Positions 25,121 through 36,742 of a DNA stretch of 64,000 nt are shown piece after piece; the stretch's first letter is position 1; every line of letters starts with the position of its first letter. Below the pieces are notes generated by a model. The model saw nothing but the letters and a program-made list of their open reading frames with translations. It was not told the origin of the DNA and did no database searches. This DNA is from Stegostoma tigrinum (Eukaryota). A program made the position numbers and the translations under genes. The stretch is taken from NCBI RefSeq assembly GCF_030684315.1, contig NC_081368.1:57241734-57305733 (forward strand). Reading direction: 5' to 3'.

Positions 25121-28100
25121 GGATTACATGTTAATTAATCCATGCATTGTCTCATTTCTAATGACATTGATTTCACAAAAGGAAAAACATAAAGCGCAGG
25201 TTATTTCAAGTGATGTTATTAAGGTGGGTATAGGCAGTCTTCTCAACAACCTATAAATGGGTTGCACCTTTAATGTTTTTTGGCTAGGTGCCTTTGTTGT
25301 GAGAGTTTCATGAAGAGATTCTTTCTGCCGCCCTAGCATGTTTTCTCAGTTCATCTTACCAAATTCACATTGTTAGCTGCCTTCCCCACTCTTTTGGTAC
25401 CCCTTTGTCTAATTCTATCCCCATTCTTCTACTCACCATATCCAAAACTCTGCTGCCTACAAAGCTCCAAATCGAGCAACATCCTTAGTGCTGGAACCAT
25501 CCTTCAAACGCCATGCACCCAGACAAACACCATTAGTATGGAACTGCCTTGCACAATCCCTGACATTTGAACTGGCCAGGATAGGGAAAGAAAAATTAGC
25601 ATCCCACTTTACAGCCAGGACCCTGGAGTCCCTGGTAAAAGGGAAAGTGGTGACTTGCAGTGTCTGCTATTAATAAGGTAATTAGCAAGCTATAATCATT
25701 ACTAATAAGTACCTTGTTACAGCCCAGCAAGAATCTCACACAATGCAGTTAAAAGATGTGACAAGTTCTACTGAATATTGAAAGAGACCTCACTGGACTT
25801 TCATGTGATTTTGGCTTATTTTCTGCTATTGTCCCCATCATTCAGGGCTCTATAAGGTTCCATCTATAATGTCAGAATTTCATCAAGAATGAGACCAAGG
25901 CTGAAAATATTCCAGTAAACCCTCAGACAGTTGATAAAAACGGAAATACAGAGAGGGAACTGTTGTCAGTGAAGATGACTCAAAGACAATGTTCAGGCTT
26001 GAGTTTAAGGGCATGTCAGCTCATCTGGTCTTGGATATTGGTCGGTTCAGAAGTATGTAACATTCAGACAAAGTGTAGGGTCTGGGAGAAGTGGTGATGA
26101 CATAAAACTTCATGTCATTAGTATGCATTGAACCTGACCATACATTTTTACATGTGAAATGGAAATCGGAGGAGGATGGTGTATATGTTGCTTAATCTTA
26201 GGATAAGTTCAAGAGTCAAGAATATATCCTTTTTGGGTAACCAGATGTAATGAAGCAGGGTCAGCAAGAATATTTGCTACAAATGATCCTCTTGAGTATG
26301 AGTGACAGTACAGGAAAACCAGTTAGAGTGTTTCAAGCAAAGAATTCTGGGTAAACAGGCATACGTTTGGAGTTAGCAATGTGTTCAAAGATTTGAAGAT
26401 GAAGGGGAAGAGAAAGGTTGTTGGATTTCTGGAAATCATAAGTTAGTTTCAATATAGATTTCGAATAAGCTTGATAAATACAAGTTCATTTTCTTTGTAT
26501 CACATCATGTGTGTTCTTAAAAATCCCAAAATATATTTGACATCTCTGAAAGAACAATTCACTTTTCTGTCGGGTGATTTTAAAACTATCCAAAACTTAG
26601 CTGTTTAAAATGATGGTCTTTCACCAAAAGGCTGATACCTTGAGTACACAAGACATGCTTTGAATATCTACCAATGAAAATTGGATTTAGAAGGTAGTTG
26701 CACTTTTACAAGTGAAGTTGCACCTATGAATATTGCATGTGCAAAGTACAATTTTGGAAATTACTGTGCTTCCTATATAATGTAAGATCTTACTTTTTCT
26801 GGTTAGATGATCAATTATTGTGTTCATTGGATTTCTCATTCTATCCATATTTGAAGAGTTGGTTGGAAAACTAGAATGCATCTTAAGAGGCAAGAGTAGA
26901 ATAAGCCACAAGTTAAAACTGTCCTTTTAATTATTAACTGTGCCTTGAAGTGCTCCTGAAATGAAAAAAAGAAAATCAGCCTTTGAATAATTAGTTTTAT
27001 AAGGTTACAGCTGGCTGCAATTACCATAAGTTGTGAGGCCAGTTCGATAATGCTGAAAATTGACCCAGCTTGTAGCTGTATTAAACACCAACACAATGCA
27101 TTTTTAAAAAATTATCCAACATGGCAAAATCCTGGAAGGTATGCTAAACCAAAACCATAAAATCATGGGCTACTTATAAACGCGAGGTTGTAGTGATTTT
27201 TCACCCAATTTGCACCTCAACTGTCAAGGTTGGATAAAGTATTTGGAGTAAATTTGTCAGACTTTGGTTTCTCATTATGTTTCAGAATTTGTTTAAATAG
27301 AAAAGGTGAACTTGATATAGCTAAGTCTTGTTTTTCATGATAGTGTTACAATCTTTGAATATGAACTATGCCAGGAAGGAGCAGATTGGTTTTGAATGAC
27401 AGTATGATGACATGAGAGAGGAAAATAGTTTCAATTTTGGAGTCAGTAAACAGTAAAATTCAGTCAACATTGCTTTGAATCTTTCAATTGTGCACAAAAG
27501 TAAAGACTTACCTAAAGCTGACTATGGACTTTCCAAAACAAAAATTGATGCTGGTACATTTCCTGTAGAGTAATTGAGACAAATGTGTACGCAGCAGCAT
27601 TAAAATAATTCATCAAGATTAAGACAACAAAGTAAATATCAATATGTTAACATTCTTTCAATTCTGTTTTTGGTCCTGGTTGAACATTACAATTGATCTA
27701 CCCTTGGATCTTGGATTGTTGTTTCCACAAAATAAATGAGGAAATGGGACTTTTTTGCTCAGAGATCCATACATTAGAAGAAAACAAACTCACAAGAAAG
27801 ATATCTACAGACACAATTTTTATTTAGGTTGTCTTACATTTTCCTTGTAAGTTTGAAAGTACCTTGATTCCTCGCCATCAGATGGATTTTTCCTCATTTT
27901 AAATTGAGAGTCATGTGAACCACTCAAATACTAAAACATGACTGAGCTAGGAAAGATTGTGTCAGCTGCCATCCCTGCGTTATCAATGGAGGTCACTTGC
28001 ATTATTGTCTTTTCCACTATGAAGATCATTCCTCTCTGTAAAAACAGGATATCCATGGTAACTTCTATCCCAAAAAACTACTATCCCATTTCAAACAGAC

Positions 28101-28185
28101 TTGAAATAAATTTAAATATCCTGACACCTAATAACCCAACAGTTGGAAATTGAAAGCATATAAGATCACATTTTTAGATTTTTTA

Positions 28186-28285
28186 AAAATCAGACTGTTC
28201 AATGACATTATTTCACACCTCTGGAGCAGGTAGGGTATGAACCTGAGTGCCTTGTCCCAGATATGGGGGCACTACCATTGTGTAA
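28186..28285 (-). mobile_element. Short tRNA-derived SINE, same family as 1473-1581
   Basis: Reverse complement 'acaatggtagtgccccc...caggttcataccctacctgctccagaggtgtg' aligns by eye with 1483-1580. Confidence 0.55.
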
Positions 28286-30695
28286 CGCCACCATCTACTG
28301 TTTTGAGGTTGGGAACAGCGACGATCACAGGTTGATATGCACTTGAAGAAAGATTGAATTTGGCATTTGAAAGCCTGTTTCACCTTCAATTTTCCCAGCC
28401 AATACTATTTTCATGGAGTTGGGTGGGTTCCTGAATACTTTGAAAACAATGGCAAGTAAGTAATTTTTACGCATTGGGGAAAACTTGTTGTAGGGTTACC
28501 AACCTTAATGTGGCTACGTTTAAAAGGCCTTCCTCAATTCAATTTCCATAAAGTAATTATATTCAATGAGTTATATCCATCTTCAATGCAGTGATTAATT
28601 GTGGAACTCTGTGTTTAAACGACAAGGAGTTATTAAATTGACTAGCACTGCAGAACAGGTCAGATGAATTTGAATACTTTATCCATGAGATAGAGTGCTG
28701 TTCTGCCTTCTATAATGTGGAATCACATTTGAAAATGGGTGGACACCAGTGTTGCTGATTGATATTGATTATTGATATTATTATTATTGTTATTGATTTA
28801 ATATTTTGACATCGGTTGACTCTTTGAGGGACTCTTTCAATATGCACCAGATACACGGCCATTGTGTTGTATAATAACATTTGTAAGTTATTAAAGTGCT
28901 CAGGTTTTATTTTTAATAAGCTGATCAAATGGTGTTTTAAAATGGAAACACATACTATCACATAAATTGTTCAAGTATAAGCTGGAGAAGCCCCATTGAT
29001 GAAAAGTTAATTTCACTCAGCATTTCCTTATCTTGTCTAATTGAAGATACTTTAAAAACCTCTTTTCAAAAAAAAAAGTTTGAGTTGCTAGAAGCACATA
29101 AGACTGCTTGATAATCAAACAAATCAAGCAGTCCCCTTCATGCAGTGTAAAAACTACCCCCCCCCCGTTCAAAATTTTAAGATATTTGTCAGACAGGGAA
29201 CGGCACCAAACATTCATAATGAGGCTATCATACATCTGTTTCAACAAAAGCAGCCTGAACACAAAGTGAGATATTTGTTTCACAAAGTTGTTTCATTCTG
29301 AATGCCTGTCTGAGCTCCAAGAGACGTAGTTGGGCCTGTGATTTCTTCAACTGGACTTGCACAAAGTATGTATGATTAGCAATTTTATATGAATGTAAAA
29401 GTTCTTTTTTTTCCAGAGATTTTTGAAAGGCAGTGCCGGAATTCTCATGAAGATAGAGAATGTCTCCACCTGAGCTAAAATTATGCCAGATCCTTGATTC
29501 CTGAAGTTCCAACCCTAAACACAACACCTACTGTTTTTGATGGGCAGTTCAGAGTTCAAATGAAATATTTATGAAGTTTAATCATTGCAGCCTATTTATG
29601 CACGCAAGATGACACAAAAAGACAATACTATATTATCTGAAATGATCAGAAACGGATCTGTTCTTCACAGAACTGAAAACTAAAAATGATTTACCTCTTA
29701 GACTTCAATTTCCCTTATATGAATAATGTATTATAAAGTTTTTCTTTATACAGTGTGAACAGCTGTTCACTTACTGGCATTCAGAAACAAACCGTTGCCA
29801 TTTTCAAACATTTTTTAAAAACCTGACACCTTCTGAGCCAGCGCTCTCGATAAACTGGCAAAAATTGTATCCCTCAAATATTGCAGAGTTTAGTGCATTA
29901 TTGTGTCCAATTATTATAGGTTTTTAATGTAATTTACCTCAATGTAAATATACTTGTTGTTCAATTGAATGGCCAAATGAAACATCAAAGTTGATTCAAT
30001 TTTGAGCCAATTTCTCCTCAAATACCATCATAATCTACCATGGTAGTCAGTTGAGAGTGTGAGTGAGATGGCTTTTTTGCCAATATGTTTTATTTAAAGC
30101 AAAGTCACATTTTATTTAAATTATTTATGCTCGAAATAAAGTATAACAGTGATGTTTCTACCAGTGGAATTATGTTTCTATTAGCTAGTGTGTGATTTTA
30201 CATTGATTATTATCTGGAATATTTGATCAACGAGTACACTCCTGGCCCCAGAGGTGTTGGTTTATATATTTTTTTTAATTTTATTACTTTTTTTATTTTT
30301 ATTTGCTTAACTTTTAAAAATACAATTTATTCATGGTCCCAAAGGAGATAGGCTTAGGGATTCTGAAAATGGAATGGGGATCATTGCAAAATTAGTGGTA
30401 TTCAACGTAACAGGTAACACAAATCCACTTTATTTCAGTGATTGTTGTGAACATAAACTGCACTGTTGACTGATTTCATACATCAGTAGGCGTCCAATAC
30501 TTTAAATTAATAAGCACTATTTAAAAATAGCCTGCGCTGCTTCAAGCTATCCTACATCTCATAAAGATGAGGTACATCACAGCTTGAGCAGGTACAGAGA
30601 TAATGGGAACTGCAGATGCTGGAGAATCCAAGATAACAAAGTGTGGAGCTGGATGAACACAGCAGGCCCAGCAGCATCTCAGGAGCACAAAAGCT

Positions 30696-30723
30696 GACGT
30701 TTCGGGCCTAGACCCTTCCTCAG
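30696..30723 (-). ncRNA. Minimal hammerhead ribozyme-like motif
   Basis: Reverse complement is CTGAGGA-A-GGGTCTAGGCCC-GAAAC-GTC; the change falls at the variable N7 position. Confidence 0.65.
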
Positions 30724-31242
30724 AAAAGGGGGATGGGGAGAGTATTCTGAAATAAATAGGGAGAGAGGGGGAGGCAGACTGAAGATAGACAGGGGAGAAG
30801 ATAGGTGGAGAGGAGAGTATGGGTGGGGAGGTAGGGAGGGGATAGGGCAGTCCGGGGAGGATGGACAGGTCAAGGTGGCGGGATGAGGTTAGTAGGTAGG
30901 AATTGGATGTGCGGCTTGAGGTGGGAGGAGGGGATAGGTGAGAGGAAGAACAGGTTAGGCAGGCGGGGATGAGCTAGTCAGGTGCAGCCCAATGGTATCA
31001 ATGTGGATTTCACCAGCTTCAAAATCTCCCCTCCCCCCACTGCATCCCAAAACGCACCTCCATTTCCTACCTACTAACCTCATCCCGCCCCCGTGACCTG
31101 TCCGTCCTCCCCGGACTGATCTATCCCCTCCCTACCTCCCCACCCATACTCTCCTCTGCACCTATCTTCTCCTCTCTCTATCTTCAGTCCACCTCCCCCT
31201 CTCTCCCTATTTATTTCAGAGTCCTCTCCCCATCCCCCTTTT

Positions 31243-31270
31243 CTGATGAAGGGTCTAGGCCTGAAACGTC
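31243..31270 (+). ncRNA. Minimal hammerhead ribozyme-like motif
   Basis: CTGATGA-A-GGGTCTAGGCCT-GAAAC-GTC. Confidence 0.65.
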
Positions 31271-32764
31271 ACCTTTTGTGCTCCTAAGATGCTGCTTGGC
31301 CTGCTGTGTGCATCCAGCCCCACACTTTATTATCTTGAGCAGGTATAGTCAGTTTTACAGGAAATAAATATGTTCTTGGAAACACTATAGATGCAAAATG
31401 ACAGAGAGTGGAGATTCAAATATTTTCAGATTCTGCATTGAAGAGTTTAGTGGAGGTGAAAAATAAGGCAAATATCCTTTAACCAGAGAAGACTAGGATT
31501 CGCTTCTTGAAAGGAACTAAGCAGATAACCACAAATGTCATATTCCAAGCCCCAAAACTTGGGTAAATTTCAAAGATAGAGCGTGTGATCAAAGTCAATA
31601 AACGCATCTGCAAATACAGTATCCTCCCAATATACCATAATTCCATCATTTCACAGCAGCAATCTGAATCAATCAGGGTTTATCTGTATGGAGTAAAGGG
31701 TTAGTTATGCTTTTAAACTAAGAATAGTTATTGAGCATGTGTGCAAAGGACATGTAATTATGTTTAATAAGGCTTCTTATGTTCACTTATACAAGTATAG
31801 GTCTAATTCTGCTACAATGCCTAATATTGCATGCTTCACAACTGTCAGTGCTGCAGTTCTCACACCTCTATCTCACAACTTGCATACACTGCTCACAAGC
31901 CATCCTAGAAGCATGGCACCAAGCCCATTGGCATATATACCTCTCTTCTGAAGGACAAGCTGCAGCCCAGCTCGAGGCACCAGGGCTTCACTAGAGTGGA
32001 CAAGTATGGGACATCCATTCTGAGGGTGGGTCCAGCAACAGGTCTGAAACCATCGAAGGTGATTGCATCCTCATATCTTTGTAGAACCCAGTTCCTCCCC
32101 ATCCCTCAGGTTTACATGCTGGGGATCTTTGGAAGTGAAGGCTACATTCCCCAAAGGTTGAGTTATGAAGAGAAGAAAAACAGTTTCCTCAGCCCAAACT
32201 AAACTCCTGAAAGAATTCTTCTCTGCTCCCGAGCCTGCTGAAATATGAGATTTTCTTTAAACCAATGTCTCCTGTCTGACTCAGCAGTGACCAGCATTCC
32301 TGATGAGGCTGCAGAGATAGCAGCCACCTGACTGGCCCAGAAGAATCAGGAGATGCCACCTCTAATTTGGCAGCAGATTCACTATCAACCAATGAGGAGT
32401 GTCCCATGGTGCATTTTTATAGAAATTGGAGTCCTGCCTTTTGCAGTAAAATTCAGGCCATTGTTACTCACAAAGTTTCAACTAAAAGTAGTTGCTCCCT
32501 AGGCAGATATGGTCTCACATTGAAAGCAAGCTCTTGTACTCTTTTTCTGTGAGTTTTGCTAATTTTCCAAATCTGACTATATTCCAAGGGGAATGTCTAC
32601 TCCTCCACCCATGTGTGGTTTGTGGAGAAGCCTTGATGTCAGAGCAAGTCTCCTTTCACACCTTCCACACCTCCCTTTGCAGACCTTTGGAATATCAAAC
32701 AACTACACACTTGTAGAACTGATGCAAAAGATAGAACAAATAAGCTAGCAATTAACCTTGGACT

Positions 32765-33135
32765 CAGGGTTTCTCAGAGTGGGGGTCATGACGTCAAGTG
32801 GGGTCACAAGTCAAATTTTGGGGTCAGAGGTCTGAAGCAGTAATGGTTGACATGTAACACCGAGCAAATGAAAGAAGCTTTGAACATTACCATTTTTCAA
32901 ACTGCGTGTTGTTTACGTGATAGTCTTAGGGTGTGGCTCCTTCAATAGGCTTTGCACACTTTTTAAAAGGAATTGAATCTCCATTTATCCCTCACTTTAT
33001 GCCACACTCATTCTTACATGGAAGCCAACCCCAGCTGACCTACAAAACCTCCCAGAAGCCTCTTCATACTTCTCAATGAGGGGCCCAAATAATTTTGCGA
33101 TGGGAATCCAATGGGTAAAAGTTTGGAAATGCCTG
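32765..33135. mobile_element. Non-autonomous hAT (Charlie-like) DNA transposon/MITE, old
   Basis: Imperfect TIRs cagggtttctcagagt and agtttggaaatgcctg (reverse complement caggcatttccaaact), with subterminal 'ggggtca' repeats. No 8-bp TSD recognisable. Confidence 0.6.
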
Positions 33136-33399
33136 GTGTTGGCAATTTAGAATTCCTTTAAATAGTGTTCATGTGGATTTCTTCCCATGGCAGAACCAAT
33201 GTTCAACTATCCAATATTGGGACCAGGCTCATTGAAGTACTGAGCAACAAAACAACATTGCCACTGTCACCTCAGTGTTGTGTGCTAAAAGACTGAACTT
33301 GCATTATGTGCATATTTCTCAAAGCCATTTACAATGTATATGTTAATGCCTTCATCAATGTGCCATATACACAGTTTTCCTCACCTATTTGCTGGCAAG

Positions 33400-33475
33400 A
33401 TAACAACGTGTGAAGCTGGATGAACACAGCAGGCCAAGCAGCATCTCAGGAGCACAAAAGCTGACGTTTCGGGCC
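33400..33475 (-). mobile_element. 76-bp Penelope pLTR insert with 12-bp TSD
   Basis: Nearly identical to 34972-35034 and truncated inside hammerhead stem II. TSD tttgctggcaag (33388-33399) / tttgctgacaag (33476-33487). Confidence 0.9.
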
Positions 33476-35020
33476 TTTGCTGACAAGGTTGTTTTGAAGC
33501 TCTGGGGACACAAAGTGGACAGAAATATTATTTCTCACCCTATTCCTTTGAAATACCTATTTGCAATCCTTCCTCTGAAATTCAAATTTTTTTGTGCTCC
33601 CTTTCTCCAATTTTCAATGAAAATGAACCTGAAACAAGAAACCCTTCCCCCTGAACTAAGGTGAGTGCACAGCCATTGCACACTCCACCTGCCTTGGATT
33701 CAACATGGCAGGAGCCGACCTCCCTGCATGCGCAGCTAGGCCGAAATATTCAATTGCTGGACAATTAACTGGTCATCGCTCACATATAACACAGGTCACT
33801 TGTACTGACAGGCCATCAGGACTCAAGTGAGATACCTCAATTTTCATGTAATGATGTTATATTTTGTGATGAATGTGCTGACAGATACTGACACGACTGT
33901 TAATGTCAATTTGAAAGTGCTTTTCAGAATGTTCACAGTGGATTTTTACATCAAATTGCAACTCTTAGTCATCAGAAATAGAACAATCATCGGCAATGTC
34001 AAGTGATTAGACAGGCCTGTAATCACTATCATTACACATCCTTCCATCATACATTCATGTAACCATTTTAACGCAATAAAGCAGATATAGCAGTTGCATA
34101 GGGCTGAGTGCAGTCTAGCTGCATTCTCCAGGATGTGTTAATCAGCCCCCTCAGGCTAAATGCCCTGTATGATTTGTGTGCAAGTAAGGTGTTAAATTTT
34201 ATTTCTACAGAAGGGTATTCAAAATGATTTGGTGAGAAAATCGATGGAATAACAAGAGTGATCTAGGTTTGGTTCACACTAGAAAGGGCTTCAGGAATGG
34301 AAAGAAAGATGAGATCAGAATTTATTTTCTAAAAATGATGTTTTCTGTTTCAGAATCATAAAGCTTCATAAATCATATTAAAAACTCTTGCAGTTTACTC
34401 TCACATTTGAAAAACAATGAATTAGTTAATTGGTTTTATTACAAAAACTTTAGCCTTTAAGGAACTATGAGGAGGGGAGGGGAGGAATGAGAACAAAATG
34501 TATCAGTAACTTCATCAAATGCAAAAATGCAATAGAGCAAATCTTTGCTCATCTCCTTGAATTTCAATATTAAAACAGTTTAACAAAGCCCATATAAATG
34601 CCTGTTTTAGCCTTGAATTCTTTTCAGGAGTGAAGTCATGCATACATTTTGTAATCAAATAAAAAGTAAATCTAATTTTCTTTGCTTACCTCAAAAATCA
34701 CACACATGGTTGTATTATCACAAGGTTTTTCATGCTCCATCAATGTAACTTCAATGAACGGCACTCAGAAATTCTGGCTGAATTTTACAAACCCCTGAAC
34801 AATGTGGTCAATGATGAGCCTGTAAGAAAATATAGTCATAGAGCCATAAAGCCGTACAGCATGGAAACAGACCCTTTGGTCCAATTCGTTCATACCGACC
34901 AGAAATCCTCAATTAATTTAGTTCCATTTTCTGGTATTTGGCCCATATCCATCTAAGCCAATAAAATGTGAGGCTGGATGAACACAGCAGGCCAAGCAGC
35001 ATCTCAGGAGCACAAAAGCT

Positions 35021-35048
35021 GACGTTTCGGGCCTAGACCCTTCATCAG
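35021..35048 (-). ncRNA. Minimal hammerhead ribozyme-like motif, sense to the PLE ORF
   Basis: Reverse complement is CTGATGA-A-GGGT(CTAG)GCCC-GAAAC-GTC. Confidence 0.7.
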
Positions 35049-35272
35049 AGAGGGGGATGGGGGGAGGGAACTGGAATAAATAGGGAGAGAGGGGGAGGCG
35101 GACCGAAGATGGAGAGTAAAGAAGATAGGTGGAGAGGGTGTAGGTGGGGAGGTAGGGAGGGGATAGGTCAGTCCAGGGAAGACGGACAGGTCAAGGAGGT
35201 GGGATGAGGTTAGTAGGTAGCTGGGGGTGCGGCTTGGGGTGGGAGGAAGGGATGGGTGAGAGGAAGAACCGG

Positions 35273-36742
35273 TTAGGGAGGCAGAGACAGGTTGGACTGG
35301 TTTTGGGATGCAGTGGGTGGGGGGGAAGAGCTGGGCTGGTTGTGTGGTGCAGTGGGGGGAGGGGATGAACTGGGCTGGTTTAGGGATGCAGTGGGGGAAG
35401 GGGAGATTTTGAAACTGGTGAAGTCCACATTGATACCATATGGCTGCAGGGTTCCCAGGCGGAATATGAGTTGCTGTTCCTGCAACCTTCGGGTGGCATC
35501 ATTGTGGCAGTGCAGGAGGCCCATGATGGACATGTCATCAAGAGAATGGGAGGGGGAGTGGAAATGGTTTGCGACTGGGAGGTGCAGTTGTTTGTTGCGA
35601 ACTGAGCGGAGGTGTTCTGCAAAGCGGTCCCCAAGCCTCCGCTTGGTTTCCCCAATGTAGAGGAAGCCGCACCGGGTACAGTGGATGCAGTATACCACAT
35701 TGGCAGATGTGCAGGTGAACCTCTGCTTAATGTGGAATGTCATCTTGGGGCCTGGGATGGGGGTGAGGGAGGAGGTGTGGGGACAAGTGTAGCATTTCCT
35801 GCGGTTGCAGGGGAAGGTGCCGGGTGTGGTGGGGTTGGAGGGCAGTGTGGAGCCAACAAGGGAGTCACGGAGAGAGTGGTCTCTCCGGAAAGCAGACAGG
35901 GGAGGGGATGGAAAAATGTCTTGGGTGGTGGGGTCGGATTGTAAATGGCGGAAGTGTCGGAGGATAATGCGTTGTATCCGGAGGTTGGTAGGGTGGTGTG
36001 TGAGAACGAGGGGGATCCTCTTGGGGCGGTTGTGGCGTGGGCGGGGTGTGAGGGATGTGTCGCGGGAAATGCGGGAGACGCGGTCAAGGGCGTTCTCAAT
36101 CACCGTGGGGGGAATGTTGCGGTCCTTAAAGAACTTGGACATCTGGGATGTGCGGGAGTGGAATGTCTTATCGTGGGAGCAGATGCGGCGGAGGCGGAGG
36201 AATTGGGAATAGGGGATGGAAATTTTGCAGGAGGGTGGGTGGGAGGAGGTGTATTCTAGGTAGCTGTGGGAGTCGGTGGGCTTGAAATGGACATCAGTTA
36301 CAAGCTGGTTGCCTGAGATGGAGACTGAGAGGTCCAGGAAGGTGAGGGATGTGCTGGAGATGGCCCAGGTGAACTGAAGGTTGGGGTGGAAGGTGTTGGT
36401 GAAGTGGATGAACTGTTCGAGCTCCTCTGGGGAGCAAGAGGCGGCGCCGATACAGTCATCAATGTACCGGAGGAAGAGGTGGGGTTTGGGGCCTGTGTAG
36501 GTGCGGAAGATGGACTGTTCCACGTAACCTACAAAGAGGCAGGCATAGCTGGGGCCCATGCGGGTGCCCATGGCCACCCCCTTAGTCTGTAGGAAGTGGG
36601 AGGAGTCAAAAGAGAAGTTGTTGAGTGTGAGGACGAGTTCAGCTAGGCGGATGAGAGTGTCGGTGGAGGGGGCCTGGTCGGGCCTGCGGGACAGGAAGAA
36701 GCGGAGGGCCTTGAGGCCATCTCCATGCAGAACTATATTCAT
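35273..36742 (-). CDS. Penelope-like RT (C-terminal core and thumb), Cys linker and GIY-YIG endonuclease; N-terminally truncated
   Basis: QTKGVAMGTRMGPSYACLF (RT motif B'), FLRYIDD (catalytic), TFLDLSV, Cys-rich CNRRKCYTC...FTC linker and NVVYCIHC..C..LYIGETKRRLGDRFAEH (GIY-YIG). 489 codons without a stop; the first ~5 codons come from junction filler. Confidence 0.93.
   Translation of the reverse strand: MNIVLHGDGLKALRFFLSRRPDQAPSTDTLIRLAELVLTLNNFSFDSSHFLQTKGVAMGTRMGPSYACLFVGYVEQSIFRTYTGPKPHLFLRYIDDCIGAASCSPEELEQFIHFTNTFHPNLQFTWAISSTSLTFLDLSVSISGNQLVTDVHFKPTDSHSYLEYTSSHPPSCKISIPYSQFLRLRRICSHDKTFHSRTSQMSKFFKDRNIPPTVIENALDRVSRISRDTSLTPRPRHNRPKRIPLVLTHHPTNLRIQRIILRHFRHLQSDPTTQDIFPSPPLSAFRRDHSLRDSLVGSTLPSNPTTPGTFPCNRRKCYTCPHTSSLTPIPGPKMTFHIKQRFTCTSANVVYCIHCTRCGFLYIGETKRRLGDRFAEHLRSVRNKQLHLPVANHFHSPSHSLDDMSIMGLLHCHNDATRRLQEQQLIFRLGTLQPYGINVDFTSFKISPSPTASLNQPSSSPPPTAPHNQPSSSPPPTASQNQSNLSLPP
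35290..35405 (-). repeat. 39-bp tandem repeat (about 3 copies) at the PLE ORF end
   Basis: Encodes repeated NQPSSSPPPTA(PH/SQ); also present at 55524-55600. Confidence 0.85.

Larger units (their letters stand above)
30597..31333. mobile_element. Penelope-like element: inverted pLTR with tail plus a 5'-truncated 3' end; 15-bp TSD
   Basis: Left arm 30597-~30975 is inverted relative to right arm ~31062-31333. The spacer encodes QPNGINVDFTSFKISPPPTASQN (ORF end). TSD cttgagcaggtacag (30583-30597) / cttgagcaggtatag (31334-31348). Confidence 0.93.

Noticed and set aside
27512-28035. Two minus-strand exon-like segments (27512-27562 and 27863-28035)
   Set aside because: Splice-like signals are present, but the larger segment is closed in all frames and the smaller gives no recognisable peptide. 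Such motifs arise by chance in AT-rich DNA; a lncRNA cannot be excluded.
34690-34819. Minus-strand exon-like segment with ttttcttacag acceptor and GTAAGC donor
   Set aside because: Stops in all three frames and no other support.
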